Source: Octopus vulgaris
Taxonomy: Eukaryota
Length of the DNA: 64,000 nt
NCBI GenBank assembly: GCA_951406725.2
Contig: OX597828.1
Coordinates: forward strand, 49,414,001-49,478,000
Direction: 5' to 3'
A program made the translations under genes and the position numbers. Below are positions 53,969-64,000 of this stretch, in pieces. The notes below the pieces were generated by a model. The model made no database searches. It was not told where the DNA came from and saw only the letters and a program-made list of their open reading frames with translations. Within the stretch, counting starts at the first letter, position 1. Every line of letters starts with the position of its first letter.

Positions 53969-54519
53969 ACTCTACTCTCTAATATATGTAATCGCTCTTA
54001 TGAATCTCTATCTTTTAAGATTTTAGACATATTTCACAGCAGAGCACTTAATTGACATCCAGTACACTTTGTTTTCAAAGGACATATTTAACTATATATG
54101 CACACACACACACACACACACACAAGATGGAGAATACTTCCCGAATCGAAATTTATCGGATGACTGTACACGTGACCGGATATGAAAAGAAATACGTTAA
54201 CCTGAGACGGTGTCAGCTGTGTAGATCATCAACTACCGTGTGTTATACATCAGGGGAAGAGGGGAATTTTAAATTTTAAAGGAAGAATATATTTCGTGGA
54301 GCTGTAAGCTCACCTTAATATAACTTTTATATTGAGCAGCTGGTGGAACTTATACCGTACGTACGTATGTATGTATATATGGTATATATGTATACGTACG
54401 GATTCAAAATTGTACAAAAAAAAAACATAAGATAGAGACAGGCGAGGGTCAACAAAGTGTATTAGTTTGACGCTCAGGAAAAATAGAAGTGTCTTACATT
54501 TCGAGCCTATATATATATA

Positions 54520-55351
54520 TCAGGTTGAGCGTCTTTGCTGTCGCCAGACAATACGATCGGTTAAAATTCGCAGATTTAAACTTCGTTTAAACATATAAAA
54601 TACATTTTTGTCAAAAAAACTAGTTGAAATTAATGTTTTCTTTTGACACATTCTACCAGTATACGAAGTTTCAAATTATTTAGTTAACTAGAAAATGTGA
54701 CCTTCAAACTGAAAAGATCCACGTTTTGAAACATAAAATTCATCAGTATATATTTCAACAATGACCAGCACATTTTTGCCAACGAGTTACAAGTTTGTTT
54801 ATTCCGGTAACATAAAAAATCTGGAGTCCTGGAGCTGATGAACTCTTTGAACGCACTTTCAACATCGGTTTGATTTTTGAACACCTTCTCTCGCAGGAAA
54901 CCATCAAGGAGCTTGAAGAAGCGTTAGTCGGTAGGAGAAAGGTCTGGGGAATAAGCTGGGTGGGGAAGAACTTCGTGGCCAAGTTCCCTCAACTTCTGGA
55001 GCGTCATTAATGAAACCTGTGCTCGAGCATTGTCATAAAGAATGACTGGCCCTCTTCTGTTGACCAGTCTGGGACGGAAAAGTAGCAGTTTTCCCTTCAT
55101 TTTGGCAATTTCATGGCAATATGTTTCTGCAGAAGTGGCTTTTCTGAGTTTTAAGAAGTTATAGTGGATGAGTCCAGCAGTACACCACCAAACAGACACC
55201 ATAACCTTCTTTTTGAAGAGCTCGGGTTTAGGGAAGGCTTTATTATTGTCTGTATTATCAGATAATTGCAAAAAAAAATTTCAAAACTCTGCAAAAATCC
55301 GGTACAAATTCTTCATGGTTCAAAACGTTGCTTACTTTTTACTCAACCTGA
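54520..55351 (-). pseudogene. Internally deleted mariner element with both TIRs
   Basis: KKVMVSVWW, ILYDNAR, HPAYSPDLSPTD and GINKLVTRWQKC motifs. TIR tcaggttgagtaaaaagtaagcaacgttttgaa is intact on the right and split on the left. Confidence 0.9.
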
Positions 55352-56761
55352 TGAAAGGAATACGTGCGCGCGCATATAAATTTATATGAGATAAACGGAC
55401 TATACACCGAAATTAAGTTTTGTTCGGTCGACTAACCATACTTTTAAGCATATTTAAAAAATAACGGCTAATTTAGAGAGTGTAAAAAGGTCTGAATAGT
55501 CGGTTGTCTACTGCTAAATCGTGAAGAAGAATTTCAACATCAGTAGGCATTTTGAAGAGAATTTTTTTTGTTTTTTTTAATTTGAAGTTAGTGTACGATG
55601 GCGGAATTTGTTGTTCTGTTTAAGGCAACATCTCTGATACCGATAGACAAACGAACAGACACAACATAAGGTTGAGATGACTCTTTAGTTCTTTAGTTTC
55701 GCTGGAGACAAAACTCCTCTTTAATGTCGGTGCCACAATAAACTGCACCCGGTACACTTTGTGGAGTTGTTGGCGTTTGGGAGGGCTTCCCGCTGTTGAA
55801 TCCTTAACAAAATATAAAGCACAAGCAAAACATAGTTTCCAATCGTCGAAACCCTGCTAACAAAGAAAATCAGAAATTAAATTATGATAATGATGATGTA
55901 GAGAGGGAGAAAGTGTTCTGCAACATTATATAATGTCTAAGTGCCACAATGCAGTAATACTGCAGTGGAACGTAGAGAAAAGAGAACTAGAATGCAATAG
56001 TCAAAACAAATTATTTTTATCCTGATGGAGAACTGTCTGGAGAACAAAAAAATTATATGCTTTATTACTGTCTCCATCAGCTACACATCCACAAGTTACA
56101 TAGGGTTCTTATGCAGCACTCCTTCTTGGGTCGATGTTATTAACTCGAGTCATCATCGCAACCGAGAAACACCACAAAACATTCATAGTGCATTTGGAAA
56201 TCAAGAAACATAAGTGACCTACAGATATGGGCAATCTCACAACGAATTAAAGTCATGTTTACCCTGCTTCGCGGAGAAGTTCCACATTATTTACTGTTGT
56301 ACATTAGTAATAAAATAATACAAACTAATTTGGAATTTCTGACATATGCAGAATTTCTTCATCACGATTTCACAAAAGAAAGAAAAAGAGCCTCCAGCCC
56401 GGCGGTGCAAGACAGTCGACACCCGACTACCCGTACCCGTTTCGCTACCGAAAGTTATCGTTTTACTTTTTGAACACGTTTATAAGCATGGTCAATCGAC
56501 CAGACGAAACCTCGAATCAGTGTGTAGTCCCCGGTGTCATTGACACACACACACACACATGCATATGTATATATAAACGCATACACACACACACACACAC
56601 ACACATATATGTATAAAGCGTATATATATATCATTGTTAAAGAGGACAAATATATATATATTTATTTATTTATATATATCCACATACACACACGTATTTA
56701 TATACATATGTACACAAAAATATAATGATACATATATATGTATGCAAAAATATGTGGATAC

Positions 56762-56806
<45 letters not shown>

Positions 56807-56875
56807 TGCATATGTATACATATAAGTATACACACACACACACATATATATATACACATATATATATATTTATAG

Positions 56876-56944
<69 letters not shown>

Positions 56945-57055
56945 CATATATATATCTATAGACGCACACACACACACACATAAAAACATTCCTTATATAC
57001 ATACTATATATAAGCACTTTATATATTTAGATACTTATATGTATAAATGTGTGTG

Positions 57056-57140
<85 letters not shown>

Positions 57141-58013
57141 GTACACACACACACACATTTAGGAATCCAAAGTTAAAACAAGAGTACTCAATATGTATCC
57201 TGGTGTTGATTTATTTGTATTCAGTCAATAATGAATCATCGACTTTACACGAATAAAAATTTTTAAAAATAACACAAAAAGAAAAAGTTAAAAAAACGTA
57301 TAAAATATGTGTATACAAATATATAGATTATTTTTTGTCTTTTTTTGCGCTTTGTAATGCAAATCATAAAAGTGTTTGATGTGTGTAGAGTCTGATATTT
57401 GTTGATTTATATATCATACGAAGACTCACACACACACACGCACACACATACACATACGCACGCGCATAAATAAACATACATGACACCAATAAAAAATAAT
57501 CTCTAAGTGTATGTATGTGTGTGTGTCTATATGTCTGTGTATACGTGCGTTTATGTTTAAGAGAGTTTGTGTCGTTTTAGACGGAAACGGACAGATAAAT
57601 AAAACAGTCTTGATGTTAATCAAACAAATATGTTGAATTCAATATATGTATACACGTATGTATTATATATATACACACACACACACACACACATGGACAC
57701 AGACAGGCACGCACGCACACACATATATGTTTAATGTATTATATATTATTTTGTTAAGAGAGTGGAGACGTGGTGTTTTAGTGCGTGTGTTTGAATACAC
57801 AAACGTTTACACACAGGCACATAAAAATATATGTATGTATACATACACGTAAAAATATATGTATGTATATTTGTGTATGTAATGTATTCATGTGTGCGCG
57901 CGCATGTATATTATATATATAAAGTTAATCCAAACATGAAAACACAAAGAGAAAACACAACACGAGGACGTGGAACAAGTATAGTATTATTGGACGAACA
58001 GGAAAGAAGGAGG

Positions 58014-58048
58014 GTTTAACGTTTCGAGCGGAGCTCTTCGTCAGAAAC
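58014..58048 (-). ncRNA. Minimal type I hammerhead ribozyme motif, canonical core
   Basis: GTTT-CTGACGA-A-GAGC-tcc-GCTC-GAAA-CG-TT-AAAC. Palindromic ACGT stands in place of stem III. Confidence 0.7.
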
Positions 58049-58337
58049 ATAGGAAAAGGTAAGATCCAAAGAAGGGAAGACGGAGGAAAAAAATTGCCAA
58101 CGGTACCCACGCGGTCACATTTTGAATGACCGGGAGGGAATGGGTGAAGAAAAAGTTCTTTCAAAGACAGGAGAGTGCAAGAGGAGGTATGTGTGTGTAA
58201 GTGTGGATATGTGCGTGCGCGCAGGTCTGTGTGTGTGTGTATGTGTGTAAAGAGAGAGAGAGATGCGCACATGTACAAATATGAACACATGTACACACAT
58301 ACGTACAAAAGTACATGCAAACGCAAATATAGGTAGG

Positions 58338-58457
<120 letters not shown>

Positions 58458-58633
58458 CACAGGAGTGGCTGTGTGGTAAGTAGCTTGCTAACCAACCACA
58501 TGGTTCCGGGTTCAGTCCCACTGCATGGCATCTTGGGCAAGTGTCTTCTGCTATACTCGTACTTCGTATTTTTTGTTGTACTCGTTTCATGATGTCCTGT
58601 GCCCACATATACATACACACACACACACACATA

Positions 58634-58685
<52 letters not shown>

Positions 58686-59148
58686 TATAGTACGCACTAG
58701 GGATTTTGACATTTAAATTTTGGGGGGAAAATGCGGATTATACTCGAGTATTTACGGTATATACATACGTATATGTACGTACTTACATACTGTGTCCCTG
58801 TCATTTTTTCTCGTCCCTCCTTAATTCTTCTGTCCCTCTGCTTCTACTTCTCTCTCTTCTCTTCCTACGTGACCGGCGTTCGGCCAAGCCTGTTCTTTCA
58901 ACTGTGGAAACAGTTCTGTCACAACATGGGACCTTGACGACTGCTTTAAAGCAAGAAAGTATACTAGTCCCTGAATATTTTATATTCAATATTTCATCTA
59001 TTCAATAAGACAATCAATACTTCATTTAATTTTACTATATATACTATTTATACCATATATTCTATATTCTACATTAATATTATAAAAAGTATAACTAAAA
59101 CATAATAAAAAAAGAGTTGGAATTCCTTTGATTAATATATATATATAC

Positions 59149-59219
<71 letters not shown>

Positions 59220-59429
59220 GGGTTATCAGTAACCATATTTTATCCCAGTAAATGACCACAGCATCTTGTCTTGGCTACACGCGGGTGGAAGGGGGCTGGT
59301 GACACAAACTTTCATTCACACTTTGAATTTAGTGGTACTGGTAATGCTTTGGCTCGCTCTGACACTGAGTTGAGATAATGCCTTCTAGTATCTCAAAATT
59401 TAATATACAATTATTCATAATTGTAGTAT

Positions 59430-59520
59430 CCTACACCGATGAGAAAAGAAGTTGGGTAAGGTAGAATTTTCTAATTCTTATGCTTTCCTAAAACTTGATT
59501 TCGAAACGTACGTCCGTAGG
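59430..59520 (+). ncRNA. Type I hammerhead motif with long stem II and one core substitution (U4C)
   Basis: CCTACa-CcGATGA-GAAA..(~60-nt hairpin)..TTTC-GAAAC-gtac-GTC-cGTAGG. GUC cleavage triplet. Confidence 0.7.
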
Positions 59521-59963
59521 TAACTTAAAATTGTATGATAGATTGCCGTCATTTCATTCTTTCTTACCTGTCTGTGTTTGCCTTTCAAGTGCTGTGTTTT
59601 TACTGAGATCTCCCTTTTAGTAGAAAGAATAGCTATAACTCTTTGACTGCTATTTCTAAATTCGGTGTGTGGTGAGGCAATTCGTTGCTAAACCCTTAAT
59701 TGCTTAGTATTACTTAAATTTTCCTCGAATGAGGCTTTTACATGCCGAAATCTACTTGGTATAATTAATAATTATTCCAAATTAATTAATTTCACCCTTT
59801 ATTGTTACTGATAACTATATATATATTAATCAGCCGAAATTGCTAAGATGATCTGGTTCTTGACTGATGACTGAGGGCTTCGAATGTCCCGTCCTGTGGT
59901 TCTTGTGTCGTCTCTGTGGCGTTTCATGTTCTTGTCCATGTCTGTAATTATTTTTACTGTTTA

Positions 59964-60034
<71 letters not shown>

Positions 60035-60626
60035 TAGATAGACATGTGTGTGTTGTGTCTGTTTGTCTAAGAACACTGTTTGACAACCAGTTTCGTGTGT
60101 TTACGTCACCGTAACGAAGCGGTTCGACAAAAAAGTCTGATAGAATAAGTTCTTGGCTTGAAAGATCACTAAAACACACTAAGTAAGTACTGAGACGTAG
60201 TCTAACGACTGAAACCAGTAAAAGATCAAAGGTAGCTAAATAAAATGTTTACACACACTTACATACAGTTTGCATACATATACATACACACATTCATATA
60301 TCATATATGCCTACGTCATAGGTACACACAAATTATCCACACACATCTATACACATACATACATCATATACACATATATAATAATCAAATATACATATAC
60401 ATGCATAAATTATTAATGTCGCATGTGCACCCATTCCATGAGTAGAAGTATAGACGCACGCGCATACACCATTTATATACACCTAAACACATACATATAA
60501 ACATACATCATACTGACACATATTCCAGCATAGACAAGCATGTATACACGCACAAAAATACATACATACGTTCATGCATTGAAACATTCATACAGAATAA
60601 TGAAACACACACACTCACACACACAT

Positions 60627-61000
60627 ACGCAGGAGTGGCTGTGTGGTAAGTAGCTTGTTTACCAACCACATGGATCCGGGTTCAGTCCCACTGCGTGACA
60701 TCTTGGGCAACTGTCTTCTGCTATAGCCCCGGGCCGACCAATGCCTTGTGAGTGGATATGGTAGACGGAAACTGAAAGAAGCCTGTCGTATATATGTATA
60801 TCTATATATGTGTGTTTGTGTGTCTGTGTTTGTCCCCCTAGCATTGCTTGACAACCGATGCTGGTGTGTTTACGTCCCCGTAACTTAGCGGTTCGGCAAA
60901 AAGAGACCGATAGAATAAGTACTAAAGGCGGTGCTCCAGCATGGCCGCAGTCAAATGACTGAAACAAGTAAAAGAGTAAAGAGTAAAAGAGTAAAAGAGT
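60627..61000 (+). mobile_element. Young SINE family A with (GTAAAAGA)n-type tail
   Basis: Shares diagnostic variants with the 10008 and 11076 copies. More diverged copies follow at 61390-61950. Confidence 0.9.
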
Positions 61001-61978
61001 ATACGCGCACGCACACTCAGTAATCCCCTGCTTCTCAAACTTCGGTGAAAGCGTGTTTGCAACAACTGGAAAGTAGGCGGACAAATCGCCATGCTTCACA
61101 AAATTAGAATAACTTAAAAAACTTTTTAAAACGTGCGTTCCGACACCATGGTGAGCAACGTAGAATTGTCTGGCGATAAACTCGCGGGGGTGGGGGCATT
61201 CGTTTCTTTAATGTTTGATGGAGGTGAAACAGGGGCGGGGCTCGAATTTGTCAGTTTTGGAAACAAGAACCATTACACTCGTTCATTCATATTCAAATAT
61301 ATGCCAGAAACCGTTTTCTTCATTCGAGGAAATAAACCACCTTGTTGCTTAGTTAGGAGTGACTGGTATGGAGTTTGTAAAGGCGGTGAAATATCGTGGT
61401 TAAAAATTTGCTTCCAAATCACATGGTTTCAGGATCAATCCCACTGCGTGGCACCTTGGGTAGGCGTCTTTTGCTATAGCCTTTGGCCAACCCAAACCTT
61501 GTGAGTGGATATTCGGTAGACAAACTGAAAGAAGCCCGTTGAGGTAAAAGAAGCATGATTCCCAACCACATGGTTCCGGGTTCAGTCCCACTGGGGGACA
61601 ATTTGGGCAAGTGTCTTCTACTTATAGCCTCGGGCCGACCAATGCCTTGGGAGTGGATTTGGTCGACGGAAACAGCAAGAAGTCTGTCGTATATATGTAT
61701 ATATATGAGTGTATAATATATATATTTATTTGTGTGTGTGTATGTGTCCTTGTTTGTCCCCCCCCCCCCACTGTCACTTGACAATCGAAGTTGGTCTGTT
61801 TAGGTCGTCCCCGCAACTTAGCAGTTCGGCAAAAGAGACCAATAGAATAAGTACTAGGTTTACAAAAAATAAGTCGATTTGCTCGACTAAAGGCGATGCT
61901 CCAGCATGGCCGCAGTCAAATGACTGAAACAAGTAAATGAATAAAAGAATATATATGTATATATGAACATATAAATAC

Positions 61979-62038
<60 letters not shown>

Positions 62039-62040
62039 CT

Positions 62041-62080
<40 letters not shown>

Positions 62081-62212
62081 GTCATTATAAGCAGCTAGGC
62101 GCAATATAATACCATAAAGGAAAAATTTTATCGCCACTAATTGTGACTGGGGGCTGAAACACCTATGTTGCAAGAAATAGAGTTAAAAACTCTTGACGCC
62201 GTAAGAAGCGTG

Positions 62213-62256
<44 letters not shown>

Positions 62257-62370
62257 GTATATATATATATATAACGGGAAGCTTTATGAAAATAAACAAA
62301 AGACGAAGGCAGGTGGAGTACAAACAAACAATTGAATTAGTATGGCGCTCAGGAATATAAATAAAACAAG

Positions 62371-62408
62371 TCTTTTACGTTTCGAGCCTACGCTCTTCGA
62401 CAGAAAGA
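62371..62408 (-). ncRNA. Minimal type I hammerhead-like motif, variant core (family F, element ~62273-62480)
   Basis: TCTTT-CTGTCGA-A-GAGC-gtag-GCTC-GAAA-CG-TA-AAAGA. Confidence 0.62.
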
Positions 62409-63539
62409 TACACAGAAAAGAAACACGGAGAGAAACAAGGAGAGAAAAAAAATGCATGCAGAAGCTAGCGATTCAACATGGCGATTCTGGCCAGAAGTCA
62501 GAGACCAAACGTGATACATTGACTGGAGAGATAACCGCCCTATGAACATCTCTTAGGATCACTTGCCTAGACTAGTTTCGCCTATCAGATTTGTGTGCGT
62601 GTGTGTATGTGTGTGTGTGTGTGTATACGTGCATACTTTAAGTCCGTTTAAGTGAAACGTTTTTGAGTGCGCTCATTAAAGCTCTTATGTTATTTATTCC
62701 GGCTACTGTTCATTGTTCCTATCTTCCAGAGAAATCTTATGTGAAGGCTTTTATTTTGGCGCCGCTATAGCGTGCGATGAATATAGTAATAACATGAATT
62801 TTGCAAATCATATTTGTAAAGTCCTATGGATGGGGAATACTACAACTAAACCATGGCGTCTGCTTACCTGAAGCAGACCGGGAATAGAGAGGACCTATCC
62901 TTGACGAGACTGCAATGGAGACAAAAAGACTTTGCTGACTGATTGATTGATCGATGGAGTAAACGATTAATCAAACAATGGATTAGTTAATTGGTTCAAT
63001 GTTAACTTATTGATCATTAACAATAAAAGAAGTGAAGAAAAGCCAGTGCGTGTGTTACTATTGACATAACGGCCGTCCCGAGACACAACAAAATCCGTTT
63101 CAACACGCGAGTTCACAACAATAACCTTGCATATCAAATACAAAGCCGAAATACCAATCGTTTAAGCTGAATCGTAGATGTAACCATGATGTTCTGGTGA
63201 TCTGATGTGTTTGCTCCCTTTCTTTGCTATAATTTGCGACAAAAAAATTGTATAATGCTGAATAGAACATACCTATTGATGCAAACGTGTATGTATAGTT
63301 TTCGCATGCTGAAATTAATAATACAACATGAAGAAGGTTACGAAACGGCTGTAATCATATGGAAGTCATACGGAAGACTAAATTTTATTGCTCAGATTTT
63401 CTGAGCTTTCAGTCACACGGTCACATCATATTACGTTACATTGTAATTTATTATTACGCAAATTGATAGCCGATTCCGAATGGTGGAACTTGCTGTGATA
63501 GCCGCACGAGCTTCTGAAACCATATTTTATATTTTATCA

Positions 63540-63720
63540 CGACACTGAAACAAGTAAAACAAAAGACGACGACAGGTGAGGGAAAAACAAGCAGGTGTGT
63601 TAGTTTGACGCTCAGGAACAATGGAAAAGTTTTCGACGTTTCAAGCCTACGCACTTGACAGAAAGGGCTGAGAGGGGAAAAAATGGAGAGAGAACGAAAA
63701 AAAAGAGAAAGAAAAACGCT
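63540..63720 (-). mobile_element. Family F element with decayed hammerhead (63631-63665)
   Basis: ttagtttgacgctcaggaa...acgtttcaagcctacgc..gacagaaag is homologous to 62273-62480, 54420-54510 and 36590-36788. Confidence 0.6.
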
Positions 63721-64000
63721 AAGAGAAAAACTGTATAGGGATAACGATTCAACGCGGACTAGATGAAACAGGGACAACTGAAGAAGGGGAATATTCTTTA
63801 TGTTGTATGTCTCGTTTCTCTGTTTGTTTGTTTTTTTCGTTGTTACCCCCCAAAAAGTTCGTTTCTATGTTTTCGTTTCTCATTGTGTTCAACGTTTTTT
63901 TAATGTCCTGTACCCATATATGCATGTATATATACATATAGATGTAGGTATGTACATATATGTATATATGCATATATTTATATATTATTTATATTATGTG

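Noticed and set aside
59858-59895. CTGATGA...ttcGAA as a hammerhead
   Set aside because: No GAAA, no convincing stem II and no stem I. The same applies to CTGAAGA at ~63778.

Overview
This is repeat-saturated, AT-rich animal genomic DNA. The SINE families and the (TA)n/(CA)n/(TACA)n load look like a coleoid cephalopod, probably Octopus; this is recognition-based inference, not a database result. I find no intact host protein-coding exon, and almost all listed ORFs are microsatellite or SINE artefacts. Supported content: (1) dozens of tRNA-headed SINEs in several modular families; (2) two mariner (DD34D) fossils; (3) a PIF1-helicase-bearing Helitron and two non-autonomous Helitrons; (4) 3' fragments of RTE and of R4/Dong-like LINEs; (5) a GG-terminated MITE with 8-bp TSD and internal TTAGGG repeats. 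The most interesting unexplained structure is a dispersed set of short cassettes next to (TA)n tracts. They carry type I hammerhead-ribozyme motifs (one canonical, a family with a recurrent CUGUNGA core, and several with very long stem II) and/or long fold-back inverted repeats with a one-sided tail, which matches Penelope-like element/retrozyme remnants. There is also an apparent block pattern of CpG decay and a ~7 kb SINE-free island that may be regulatory. Coordinates were read by eye and may be off by a few bases.
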